DNA of 64,000 bases from Candidatus Uhrbacteria bacterium CG_4_9_14_3_um_filter_50_9 (GTDB lineage: Bacteria; Patescibacteriota; Patescibacteriia; UBA9934; GWF2-40-263), in contig PFWU01000049.1 of the NCBI GenBank assembly GCA_002791295.1, positions 47,350 to 111,349 of the forward strand, given 5' to 3'. Positions 1 through 9,582 of the stretch are shown here, piece after piece; position 1 is the stretch's first letter; each line of letters starts with the position of its first letter. Both the position numbers and the translations under genes were made by a program. The notes beneath the pieces were generated by a model. That model ran no database searches. It was not told the DNA's origin and saw only the letters and a program-made list of their open reading frames with translations.

Positions 1-223
1 CTCGAGGCGAACGGGAACGGCTACACCTCCAACACACAGCTCTAGTCGCAGCTCGAACTCACTGGATGACACCATGGGTGGATAACAACCATAGGTTAGG
101 TGAGACGTGCTGTGACACCGGATTCATTCACCAACCCCTCTGAGGTTCTGGATCGTAAATCCACGATGAACCCACTGGACGATCAGAGGACTAACGAGAG
201 AGAGGACTATGACCGGTTAGCAC

Positions 224-257
224 GAAACGACCCCGTTATTTCAACGGGGTTTTCTTA
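224..257 (+). terminator. Intrinsic terminator-like hairpin
   Basis: ACCCCGTT-atttc-AACGGGGT followed by TTTCTT. Confidence 0.6.
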
Positions 258-310
258 TTGCTCATCCACAAGCGAAAAAACGTTGCGCTGTGCTATAATT
301 TGCGCAGTAT

Positions 311-3121
311 ATGCTGCAATTATTTATGCGATTGTGGGTCCTCCTTGAGCGGCTCCGAGATCGACTCCTGCAGTTGGCTGCACAACGAAAGACACGTGCC
401 GGTCGCGTTTTTATTACATCTCTCATTGGACTTCTTGCGGTGACCCGTCCGGTGTCTGCTGATAGTCACGATGAACCTGGTACGGCTGCCATTGATTGGA
501 TTTTTCAGAACATGGCGGATGTGGCGTACCAGCTTGCAGGTGTGCTCGCAAAAGGTGTGGTCTTGTTCATTGGTGTGATGACCAATGTGATGCTTTACAA
601 AGACTTTTCTACGAATAGGGTTGTGACGGCGGGTTGGTCTATTGTACGCGACACGGTCAACATGTTTTTCGTTGTGGTTCTTATTATCATTGCGTTCGGA
701 ACTATTTTTGGACATTCAAAATTTCAGTGGCAGCAGCAGGTTCCAAAGCTCATGATTTTTGCGCTCGTGATCAACTTTTCAAAAACGCTTTGTGGCCTCA
801 TGATCGATTTTGGTCAGGTGATCATGCTCACGTTCGCAAATGCCATTCGAGAGATCGTCGCTGGGAACTTCATCCAACTCCTTGGGCTTGGGGAGATCTA
901 CCAAGTGAGTACCTCCTCCACACCTATTTCTGAATCGAAAGGGTTTGCGGCGTTCGATTATTTTGCCGCAGGACTGATGTCTGTGGTGCTCATGATCTGG
1001 GTTTTTGCCACCGTGGTGATTTTGACGGTGATTTTGATCTATCGCGTGATTATGCTTTGGGTTCTTATTGTTGTCTCTCCACTCGCATGGTTTATGGGGG
1101 GAGCTGGAGGTCAGGGTGGAATTGTTTCTTCCAATGCCTATGCGCAGTGGTGGGATCGGTTTAAGTGTCTTGTCGCTGTCGGTCCTGTGCTCACGTTCTT
1201 CTTATGGTTGACGCTGGCTGTTGCTGGAGCGGGGAATGTGGCAGCAAGTACGGGGTTTAATCCAAGTGACGAAAATTCCGCTAATTTTATTGGAAAGATT
1301 TTTGAACTTGATCGGTTCATGAGTTTCTTGATTGGGATGGCCATGCTGTATGCAGGGTTTGATGCGGCGCAGCAATTTTGTTCATCCATGTCAGGAAGTT
1401 TTCTTGGGAGTACATTGAAGAAAGGACAGGGAGTTGGAGGTGCTATGGCAGGGGTTGGTATAAAAGCGACTGCAGCTGGAGCTCGAAAAGTCGGTGGTGG
1501 TCTTCGTGCAGCTCCAAAGTATCTTCCGGGTGGGGCGCAGCTTTCTGAGGCGCTGACAAATCTTCCTTTTAATCGTGAGAATCTTTATCGTGGCGTTGCT
1601 AATGTTGCTGGAGATGGAATGATTGGTAGAGCTGCGTCTTTGGGGGCTTCAAAGGCTGCTGCGGCAAAAGCCTCAAAGCGACGACAAGCTTACGACAAAG
1701 CCGGGGAAACATTTAAAGGGACGACTCGAGAAGACAAGGCAGCTTACGCACGTCGTTTTATGCAAAAGGGGGGTGCTTCTACAGCAGAAGGGCAGCGTGA
1801 ATTAGTGCACCTTTTAAAGGAGGCGATGGGAGATAAGGATTTGGCGAAGGAAATGAAGAAAGATGGCACACTCGGTAAGTTGCACGACAAGTATGGTGGT
1901 ATCGTTCAACGAGATTTTGGTGGGGATGACGATACACGAAAGAAAATGGATGCATTTAATCGTGATAATCTTGATTTATTAACGGGGCCAAAGCATGCCA
2001 AAGATCGTGAGAAAGCTATTGGAAGTATCCGTTCATGGGATGATGTAAAGGGAATGAGTGCGGAGTCCATGAATCAAAGTGATGTACGGGAACGATTGGA
2101 AAAAACTGAGACCAATTTTCGTGGAGAGAATGGTAAGGCACTTTCAGCTGCTGAGGCCCTGGCTGCTGGGTATGGTGGTTCAGAAAAAGCTGCTGCATTC
2201 CAACAGCGTACAGATTTCAGTGCTGTTCCAGCTAGCGCTGTGGCGCAACAGGTTGCCGGTGGCAACCAAGAGGCTGCTGCGGATGCCTTTAGTCGTGCAC
2301 TTGAGGCAGGGGATATGAGTAAGGCAACAGAGATTATTGAGGCGATGGCAGGGACACATGCGAATACGGATGCTCCAGAGGCTGGTGCGGAACGATTCAA
2401 TCTTTCAGTGGGTATGGATGGAATTGAAGGGAAGTTAAAAGCAGCTCTTTCTAGTGCTGAGATGGGTGGCGCAAGTGAGGCACAGGTGGGACAGCTTAAG
2501 AGTGTACTGGAAGTGTTCAATGCTCAACGTAAGAGTGCGGAAGCGTCTACGGCTTTTGCAGGGTCTTATGGAACTGTTCCAGATATTGCTGCGCAATCAG
2601 AGGCACAGGAAGACTTTAGTGGGGCAGCATTTGCTGAAGGGGCGTTTGGTGGGGCAAGCAACGAACGGCTTGCGGATGCGGCTGAGCAAATCGCTGAGCA
2701 AGTTAGAGGTCTTGAAAAAGCCGTTGCGGATGTCAAATTGAATGCTGGTGGAAGTGCTTCTTCGGGCGCAGAAGAACTTCTTTCAACGCGTATTGATTTT
2801 CTGACGCAGCAAATTAAAAATGATGTAGAGGCACGCATAAAGTCTAAGGTTGATGCGTCAAAGGGATTGAGCGTTCGTCTTGATACAGAACAAGATCTTG
2901 GAAAGCGACAAGAGCTTCAGGCGCAAAAGACACAAGTGGATGTTGAGATCAATAACGAAATCACTGCCGCTATGGACGGAAGTGAAGATTTGAAAAAGCT
3001 CAGGACACAGATGGATGGCATGAAGAAAGCCTTAGACGAAGCACGTGCTGCCTCAGATAAAGTCGCAGAATTAAAGGCTATTCGATCTGGAGGGGATGCT
3101 GCGGGAAGAGCAGCCACATAA
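311..3121 (+). CDS. VirB6/TrbL-like polytopic membrane protein with a long Ala/Gly/charged C-terminal tail
   Basis: 936 aa; about 8-10 TM segments in the N-terminal 360 aa; motifs GWSIVRDTVNMFF and LVINFSKTLCGLMID typical of CPR VirB6-like proteins; upstream of PrgI and VirB4. Confidence 0.7.
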   Translation: MLQLFMRLWVLLERLRDRLLQLAAQRKTRAGRVFITSLIGLLAVTRPVSADSHDEPGTAAIDWIFQNMADVAYQLAGVLAKGVVLFIGVMTNVMLYKDFSTNRVVTAGWSIVRDTVNMFFVVVLIIIAFGTIFGHSKFQWQQQVPKLMIFALVINFSKTLCGLMIDFGQVIMLTFANAIREIVAGNFIQLLGLGEIYQVSTSSTPISESKGFAAFDYFAAGLMSVVLMIWVFATVVILTVILIYRVIMLWVLIVVSPLAWFMGGAGGQGGIVSSNAYAQWWDRFKCLVAVGPVLTFFLWLTLAVAGAGNVAASTGFNPSDENSANFIGKIFELDRFMSFLIGMAMLYAGFDAAQQFCSSMSGSFLGSTLKKGQGVGGAMAGVGIKATAAGARKVGGGLRAAPKYLPGGAQLSEALTNLPFNRENLYRGVANVAGDGMIGRAASLGASKAAAAKASKRRQAYDKAGETFKGTTREDKAAYARRFMQKGGASTAEGQRELVHLLKEAMGDKDLAKEMKKDGTLGKLHDKYGGIVQRDFGGDDDTRKKMDAFNRDNLDLLTGPKHAKDREKAIGSIRSWDDVKGMSAESMNQSDVRERLEKTETNFRGENGKALSAAEALAAGYGGSEKAAAFQQRTDFSAVPASAVAQQVAGGNQEAAADAFSRALEAGDMSKATEIIEAMAGTHANTDAPEAGAERFNLSVGMDGIEGKLKAALSSAEMGGASEAQVGQLKSVLEVFNAQRKSAEASTAFAGSYGTVPDIAAQSEAQEDFSGAAFAEGAFGGASNERLADAAEQIAEQVRGLEKAVADVKLNAGGSASSGAEELLSTRIDFLTQQIKNDVEARIKSKVDASKGLSVRLDTEQDLGKRQELQAQKTQVDVEINNEITAAMDGSEDLKKLRTQMDGMKKALDEARAASDKVAELKAIRSGGDAAGRAAT

Positions 3122-3127
3122 ATTTGA

Positions 3128-4774
3128 ATGAACGATCAACCAAGCGTGAAACCTGTAACAGTGCGGGGGCTACCCACCGAGGTGCGGCAGCTACTTTTTG
3201 CTGAGAAGACATTTGAAACGTATTACAACTTGGTAGGGGCTGTCGGAGGAGATAAGAGTCAAATTCCAAAGCTTTTAGTCCTTTTTTCCGATGTGCTTAC
3301 CGGACGTGAGGATATTCATTTGTTTCCCACCAAGCTTTCTGAGCTGTTTTCCATTGATGAGACAAAAGGGTATTCCCTTGCTGTGCAACTCATGACAGGT
3401 GTGTTGATGCAGGTAGACGATCTCTTTCAAGACCTAGATTTTCAGGCGCTGACTCGTGAATGGAGTACAAAAGACGATCAAGAAGAAGAAAGTGCTGAGG
3501 AGTTTGCTCATACGTATGTTGAGCAGATGCCTGGAAAAAAAGATGAACGATCTTCACAGAGGCTCGAAGACGTGTTTACCGATTTGGCAGAGGGGGATCT
3601 TACGCATGACGAGGCTGCTTCTCGTCTGGCAAAGTCACCGAAAGTTGGTGGGCTTGGTATTGATCCAACTGTGGCAGAGAGCGTAGTGGATGTGTTTGAA
3701 ACAGAAATGAAAGGCAAGGTTTTTTTGGATGATGTTCCGGTGAATAGACCTCCATCCAAACCCAATCAGCCACAGAAACCCCAAATTGAAGCCTTTACAG
3801 AAGAAGACGAAAAAGAAATTGAGCAGATTAAGCAGGAAAAAGAAGCAGCTCTTACCCATGAGCCGATCACGTCTATTGAGGGTGTGGTGAAGCGTGTGTG
3901 TGAGGACAAGCGTTTTCAGTTTGATAATCCAGTGCTCACCGAGCGCTGTCAAAAAGTTGTTCACTCTCGTGTGCGAGGGGTGAGAGATGCTTTTGCCACA
4001 CGTCGTCAGCTTGAACGTTCTGTTGAGCAAGGCGGTGTGGGGGTGACGGGGCGGTCGCTTGCTGAGATGACGCAGCTCTTAGAGCAGGCTGTGGAGGAAT
4101 ACCATGCACATGCCGGAGCTCAGATCGAGCAAGAAAAGGAACAGGCACAGAAGGTAAAGGAGGCGGCTGCCAGTGCGGAAGAGCAGCGTCAGGTCACTGA
4201 GCAGAAGGTTATGGACAAGCGGTTTGTTGAACTCACAGGGAAGACACCCCGCACGTCTGTCTCACCAACCGGACCAAAGCGATCTCGTACGTCCGCCGCT
4301 GTCTCAGCACAAGTAGAAACACAGCAACGTGAGGGGAAGATTGATGTTGCACGTGTGAAAACAATCATCGAAGCGTCTCAGGCAGCAGCACCAAAATCAG
4401 CGCCACGCCCCAAGCCCAAGCGTGTGCAGGATGTCGTCTTTGAAAAGCGTCTCTCAGGTCCCGTAGAGGAATTAAAGCGATTAACCTTAACAGATTTCAG
4501 ACGTCTTTCATCAGATCCTGTGCAGGCCACCACCAAAATAAAGGACAAAGTGGATTTATTAGAAAATCTTGGTTACGAGCAAAAGGTTGAGGGAATCAAA
4601 GCTTGGAGATCATCGCCGCTCAACCGGCTGTACATCGAGCTCGCAGAGCAGGCCGTGTTATCTGGAACAACGATTCAAGCAGCGCTCGAATCACAGCAGG
4701 AGCGAGGGGTGGAGATGTTTAAGGATGAGGAATTAAAAGCCGTGATGAAGTTGAACGCAGACCTAAGGTTCTGA
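3128..4774 (+). CDS. Hypothetical cytoplasmic protein of the T4SS-like locus
   Basis: 548 aa ORF 6 nt after the previous stop; charged and coiled-coil; internal repeat LAKSPKVGGLGI / LERSVEQGGVGV. Confidence 0.75.
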   Translation: MNDQPSVKPVTVRGLPTEVRQLLFAEKTFETYYNLVGAVGGDKSQIPKLLVLFSDVLTGREDIHLFPTKLSELFSIDETKGYSLAVQLMTGVLMQVDDLFQDLDFQALTREWSTKDDQEEESAEEFAHTYVEQMPGKKDERSSQRLEDVFTDLAEGDLTHDEAASRLAKSPKVGGLGIDPTVAESVVDVFETEMKGKVFLDDVPVNRPPSKPNQPQKPQIEAFTEEDEKEIEQIKQEKEAALTHEPITSIEGVVKRVCEDKRFQFDNPVLTERCQKVVHSRVRGVRDAFATRRQLERSVEQGGVGVTGRSLAEMTQLLEQAVEEYHAHAGAQIEQEKEQAQKVKEAAASAEEQRQVTEQKVMDKRFVELTGKTPRTSVSPTGPKRSRTSAAVSAQVETQQREGKIDVARVKTIIEASQAAAPKSAPRPKPKRVQDVVFEKRLSGPVEELKRLTLTDFRRLSSDPVQATTKIKDKVDLLENLGYEQKVEGIKAWRSSPLNRLYIELAEQAVLSGTTIQAALESQQERGVEMFKDEELKAVMKLNADLRF

Positions 4775-4787
4775 TCCTGCTATAATA

Positions 4788-4913
4788 GGACTGTCCCCGA
4801 ATGAGCGATCTTGCCACGTTCAGGCACCCAGACATCACTTCAACGTCCGTTTTAGGACGTCTTCAGTGATGCCAGCCCGAACGTGACAATCTCATCTCAT
4901 TAGGGAACAGTCC
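4788..4913 (-). repeat. 126-nt imperfect rod-like hairpin (MITE/REP-like)
   Basis: Nested inverted segments GGACTGT/ACAGTCC, AATGAG/CTCATT, CACGTTC/GAACGTG, CATCACT/AGTGATG, ACGTCC/GGACGT. Confidence 0.75.
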
Positions 4914-4926
4914 CTACAATAGGACT

Positions 4927-5358
4927 ATGCCGGAACAATTCGTCGTTCCACAATTTATTGACTCGGAGGATAAAATTTTTGGCCCAATCACCGGCCGTCA
5001 ATTTATTATTTTGATGATCGTGGGTCTCATGGAATTCGTTTTGTTTAAGCTGCTGACATTCGTTTGGTTTCTTGTTGTTGGCATTCCGCTTATTGCCGTC
5101 GGTGGAATTTTAGCGTTTGCAAAAATTAATGGACAACCATTTCACTATTTTATTCTCAATGGCATTCAAACGTTTAAGAAACCTCGGTTGCGTGTGTGGG
5201 ACAAGCGGCACACTGATTCCGAGTTAAGGGAATACATGTTCGCAAAACCGGAGGTTCATAGTGCGGCATTTAAGCGTAAGATTTTTGCAAATACGTCCCA
5301 TCTGCAGGAAATTTCGCTCGTTGTTAATACAGGAGGGGTCTACCAGCCTGAGGAATAA
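4927..5358 (+). CDS. PrgI family protein (VirB3-like)
   Basis: N-terminal QFVVPQFIDSEDKIFGPITGRQF, two TM helices, then NGQPF and PRLRVW. Confidence 0.85.
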   Translation: MPEQFVVPQFIDSEDKIFGPITGRQFIILMIVGLMEFVLFKLLTFVWFLVVGIPLIAVGGILAFAKINGQPFHYFILNGIQTFKKPRLRVWDKRHTDSELREYMFAKPEVHSAAFKRKIFANTSHLQEISLVVNTGGVYQPEE

Positions 5359-5360
5359 TT

Positions 5361-6062
5361 ATGCAGTCGAAGAAACTTGCAAAACCCAAGCCAGGAGCAT
5401 CTACCGTGAAATATCTGGATATTGCGGAGATTCGTGATGACATGGTGCTTCTTAAGGACGGGACCGTACGCGCTGTGCTCCTCGTTTCGAGTATTAACTT
5501 TGCCTTAAAGTCCTTTGATGAGCAGGAGGCTATTATTCAGGCGTACATCACCTTTCTGAACTCGCTTGAATACCCTGTACAGATCGTGATCCAATCACGT
5601 CGCATGAATATTGATGCGTACATTGATCAGCTCATTGCGCAGCAGAAGAAAACAGAGAACGACCTCTTGCGTACTCAGATCGCTGATTACCGCAACTTTG
5701 TTCTTGAGCTTGTCGAGCTTGGACAGATCATGCAAAAAATGTTTTACGTGGTGATTCCGTATGACCCCCTTTCTGATAAACGAAAAAACTTTTTTACCCG
5801 CTTGTCAGAAGCCATCTCTCCAGCCGCAGCCGCAAAACTCAACAAAAAGCAATTAGCCGATCGTATTGAGCAACTTTCAAGGAGAGTTGAGATTATTGGT
5901 GGCCAGCTCAACAGTATGGGGCTTGCCTCTTCTCGAATTGATACACAGGGGCTTATTGAAGTGTATTACAACGTCTATAACCCTGACTTGTTTGATACCG
6001 AAAAGCTAGCCGACATCAGCCAGATCCGTCAGGAGCCGGAACCTAACCGTGTCGAATCATAG
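5361..6062 (+). CDS. VirB4/TraC-associated protein (TraC-like N-terminal domain)
   Basis: LDIAEIRDDMVLLKDG, VSSINFALKS, EQEAII, FLNSLEYPVQI; lies between PrgI and VirB4. Confidence 0.7.
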   Translation: MQSKKLAKPKPGASTVKYLDIAEIRDDMVLLKDGTVRAVLLVSSINFALKSFDEQEAIIQAYITFLNSLEYPVQIVIQSRRMNIDAYIDQLIAQQKKTENDLLRTQIADYRNFVLELVELGQIMQKMFYVVIPYDPLSDKRKNFFTRLSEAISPAAAAKLNKKQLADRIEQLSRRVEIIGGQLNSMGLASSRIDTQGLIEVYYNVYNPDLFDTEKLADISQIRQEPEPNRVES

Positions 6063-6063
6063 T

Positions 6064-8244
6064 ATGCCTATTAATATTGAAAACATTAAGAAGGCGATGC
6101 CGGCTTCAGCACCAGAGAAAGTGAAGAAGGTGAAACCAGAGGAGCAACAGCTCCAAGAAGAACGACTGGTGCTTGAGGAAGAGCGTATTTTTCGCAAGGG
6201 AACGGTGACGGTAAAGGACATTATTTCTCCTGCAGCGTTTGAAGTGAAACCAACGTTCCTCCTTCTCTCAGGAGTGTATGTGCGGACGTTGTTTATTATC
6301 ACCTACCCTCGACACATTGGCATTGGATGGTCTTCGCCACTCATCAATCTCAACAAGACGTTTGATGTCGCCATGTATTTCTATCCGATCAAGGCGAGTA
6401 TTATTTTGAAACAGCTCCAGAAAAAAGTAGGTGTGTTCGAGGCAAAGATTTTTGCCGATGCAGAGAAAGGGGCTCCTCGTGATCCGATTGCGGAAACAGC
6501 CCTTCGGGACATTGAGGGATTGCGTGATGCCCTCACACAGGGGACTGAGCATTTTTTTCAATTTGCGTTTTATGTCTCAATCTACGCCAAAGACGAAACA
6601 GAGCTGGAAAAGTACACGCAGCAAGTTGAGTCGCTCTTTGGAAGCAAACTGATCTATACGAAGGCAGGTTTTTATCAGGCGGAGCAGGGATTCAATTCAA
6701 CCATTCCACTTGGGAATGATGAGTTGATGATTACCTACAACATGAATACGTCGCCGATTGCAGCCTCGTTTCCGTTTATCAGCTCTGACCTGACCTCGGA
6801 TAACGGCATTTTGTACGGCATCAACCGACACAACAATTCACTTATTCTCTTCGATCGCTTTAGTTTACAAAACGCTAATTCCGTTGTCTTTGCCACCTCC
6901 GGTGCTGGAAAATCGTACACGATCAAGCTTGAGATTTTACGATCCCTCATGATGGGAGTGGATGTGATCGTGATCGATCCAGAGTATGAGTATAAAGATT
7001 TATCTGATGCGGTTGGAGGGACGTTCATTAACGTGTCTCTTGCTTCCGAGGCGAAAGTGAATCCGTTTGATCTACCGCGTGGTGTGGGTGAGGGGACCAA
7101 GGTGGAGGACATTATTCGAAGTGCGGTTATTACGCTTAAGGGGCTTTTGCGCATCATGATTGGTCAGCCTGTGGGAGAAGCAGGAAAGATGGGATTTACT
7201 CCGTCGGAAGATTCGCTGCTTGACCGAGCATTGATCGAAACGTACGCAAAACAAGATATCACACCAGACCTCACCTCTCTTGCCGATATTGAACCTCCAG
7301 TCCTGACAGACTTTCAAGATGTACTTGAGGGTATGGAGGGGTCAGAAGAATTGGTTGCGCGCTTGAAAAAGTTTACAGAAGGAACGTTTGCAGGACTTTT
7401 GAACAACCCAACCAATGTGGTCATGAGTAACCAGTTGGTGGTGTATTCAGTGCGAGATCTTGAAGACGAGCTGCGTCCAACAGCGATCTATACCATTATC
7501 AACTACATCTGGAACGTGACGCGTTCTGAGCGAAAGAAGCGCATTTTAGTGGTGGATGAGGCGTGGTGGCTGATGCAGAATGAAGATTCTGCGAAATTCA
7601 TTTTTGCGCTTGTGAAACGCGCGCGAAAATACTTCATGGGGGTCACAACCATCACCCAGGACGTGAACGACTTCCTTCGTTCTGCATATGGGCAAGCGAT
7701 TGTGACGAACTCAGCCCTTCAGATTTTGATGAAACAGTCACCGTCTGCGATTGATCTTATTCAAAAAACATTTAGTCTCACCGACGGAGAAAAATACTTG
7801 CTTCTTGAGTCAGGGGTAGGTGAGGGTATTTTCTTTGCTGGGAACAAGCACGCCGCAATCAAAGTCGTTGCCTCCTATACAGAAGATCAAATTGTCACCA
7901 CGAATCCTCAGCAGCTGCTTGATATTGAGGAAGCCAAAAAGGAATTTGAGGCTGAACTCCAAAGGGAACAAGGAGAAGAAGGTGATGGAGGAACACCGGC
8001 GTCGAGAGAGGTTTCATCAGAACAAGCGCCTACAGAAGTCGCTTCAGAAGGAGCTCCGACAGAACCGCCACTAGACGCTACGGCCTCCAAGGAGGAAGTC
8101 TTTGATATCGAGAAAGAAGCTCAGGAGGCTTTAGCACAAGAACAAAAAGATCAACAGGCCGAGGACGCTGCAGCAGCCTTGCTTAAAGAAGAAGATGCTG
8201 GAAAGATTGAAGCTGATAAAATTCGTGAATCACTCTCCGTATGA
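6064..8244 (+). CDS. virB4: VirB4-like type IV secretion ATPase
   Basis: Walker A ATSGAGKS, IDPEYEY, Walker B ILVVDEAW, KRARKY...TQD; acidic low-complexity tail; ATG at 6064 chosen as start. Confidence 0.9.
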   Translation: MPINIENIKKAMPASAPEKVKKVKPEEQQLQEERLVLEEERIFRKGTVTVKDIISPAAFEVKPTFLLLSGVYVRTLFIITYPRHIGIGWSSPLINLNKTFDVAMYFYPIKASIILKQLQKKVGVFEAKIFADAEKGAPRDPIAETALRDIEGLRDALTQGTEHFFQFAFYVSIYAKDETELEKYTQQVESLFGSKLIYTKAGFYQAEQGFNSTIPLGNDELMITYNMNTSPIAASFPFISSDLTSDNGILYGINRHNNSLILFDRFSLQNANSVVFATSGAGKSYTIKLEILRSLMMGVDVIVIDPEYEYKDLSDAVGGTFINVSLASEAKVNPFDLPRGVGEGTKVEDIIRSAVITLKGLLRIMIGQPVGEAGKMGFTPSEDSLLDRALIETYAKQDITPDLTSLADIEPPVLTDFQDVLEGMEGSEELVARLKKFTEGTFAGLLNNPTNVVMSNQLVVYSVRDLEDELRPTAIYTIINYIWNVTRSERKKRILVVDEAWWLMQNEDSAKFIFALVKRARKYFMGVTTITQDVNDFLRSAYGQAIVTNSALQILMKQSPSAIDLIQKTFSLTDGEKYLLLESGVGEGIFFAGNKHAAIKVVASYTEDQIVTTNPQQLLDIEEAKKEFEAELQREQGEEGDGGTPASREVSSEQAPTEVASEGAPTEPPLDATASKEEVFDIEKEAQEALAQEQKDQQAEDAAAALLKEEDAGKIEADKIRESLSV

Positions 8245-8819
8245 TATCCCGACGAAAACGAACGATTTTCATTCTCCTTGCGCTCTTGGTTTTACTCCTT
8301 CTCCTGCTTTGGTTCCTCATGGCCTTTCTTTCACGTACGCCTGAAACAGAAAGCGGTCCGACTGAAACCACAACAGAAGAGGAAGTCGACGATGTTATTC
8401 CGAGCAACCCAACGATTTCTGAGGAAGCAGTGGAACGAGAACGAGAGACACGTAATGGCTCATCGGATGTTATCTCGCTTTCCAAAAGCTTTGTGGAACG
8501 TTATGGCAGTTATTCAAACGAAGCAGAGTTTGCCAACCTTGTAGATGTGCTTCCTCTCATGTCGGACAGCTTTGCCTCTGAGACAGAAGACTTTATTGAA
8601 TCCGCTGTGGCTCCAGAGGAATACTACGGGGTGAGCACACAGATTGTGACGGTCAGCGTTCTGAGTCAGTCAGAGAGCCAAGCAACAGTGCTGCTGACAA
8701 CACAGCGCGAGGAGGCAAATGGGTCTCCACAAAACACCTCTGTGTATTATCAAGATATTGAGCTCGTCTTTGTCAAAGAAGGTGGAGAGTGGCGCGTGAA
8801 TTCAGCAACTTGGCGTTAA
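8241..8819 (+). CDS. Bitopic membrane protein, VirB8/TcpC (NTF2-like) candidate
   Basis: N-terminal TM, acidic linker, SFVERYGSYS and C-terminal LVFVKEGGEWRV; overlaps the virB4 stop (ATGA). Confidence 0.6.
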   Translation: MISRRKRTIFILLALLVLLLLLLWFLMAFLSRTPETESGPTETTTEEEVDDVIPSNPTISEEAVERERETRNGSSDVISLSKSFVERYGSYSNEAEFANLVDVLPLMSDSFASETEDFIESAVAPEEYYGVSTQIVTVSVLSQSESQATVLLTTQREEANGSPQNTSVYYQDIELVFVKEGGEWRVNSATWR

Positions 8820-8822
8820 TGA

Positions 8823-8859
8823 AGAGGCTCCAGCTCACCCACGGGAGGCTGGAGTTTTT
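8823..8859 (+). terminator. Intrinsic terminator
   Basis: GGCTCCAGC...GCTGGAGTT followed by a T run. Confidence 0.6.
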
Positions 8860-8865
8860 GTTTCT

Positions 8866-9564
8866 ATGCAGGACTTGTCAATAAAACATCAATTCCTTGA
8901 ATCGCTTTTTCCACGATTTTGTATTGGATGCAACCGTGAGGGCATGCATTGGTGTCACGGGTGTGCAAGCCGTTGGATGCCAGAGCCCCTTTCTGCTCGT
9001 TGTCCGTTTTGTCATCGCTTGGGAAGCGATCGTGTGTGCGGTGCATGTAGATCAGAAGTCTATCTTGATGGTGTGAGTGCGCTCGCACCTTACGGGAATC
9101 CTGTCGTGCGCAAGGCTCTTCAGACCTGGAAGTATGATGGAGATCGTGAAATTGAAAAGGTGTTACAGCAGTGGTTGACTGCGGGTGCTGCGCACATAAC
9201 GCCTCCGCTTGCGCCGTTTCATGCCTGTGCCGTTCCGCTTCACGAGGGGAAACAGCGCCAGAGAGGCTTTGATCAGGCAGACGTCGTTGCACAGTGGGCA
9301 AGTGGGTTGTATGGCATTCCACACACGTCACTTTTGGTGCGCAAGACAAAGACAGCTTCACAAGCCAAACGGGCTGGTGGATCAAGACAGGTGGGGGAGC
9401 TCGACGGTGTGTTTCACATCCGCCGAGATGTGGCTGTTCCAGAACACGTACTCCTCTGTGACGATGTGTTCACAAGCGGGGCAACCATCGATGCCGCCGC
9501 TCGTACGCTCAAAGAGGCCGGAGCCAAACAGGTCTGGGGTTGGGTGATTGCGAGGGGACGATAA
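8866..9564 (+). CDS. comF: ComF family competence protein (zinc ribbon plus PRTase domain)
   Basis: CxxC pairs, VPLH, RGFDQ, LLCDDVFTSGAT. Confidence 0.9.
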   Translation: MQDLSIKHQFLESLFPRFCIGCNREGMHWCHGCASRWMPEPLSARCPFCHRLGSDRVCGACRSEVYLDGVSALAPYGNPVVRKALQTWKYDGDREIEKVLQQWLTAGAAHITPPLAPFHACAVPLHEGKQRQRGFDQADVVAQWASGLYGIPHTSLLVRKTKTASQAKRAGGSRQVGELDGVFHIRRDVAVPEHVLLCDDVFTSGATIDAAARTLKEAGAKQVWGWVIARGR

Positions 9565-9582
9565 GCTCATTTCAGTAATACT

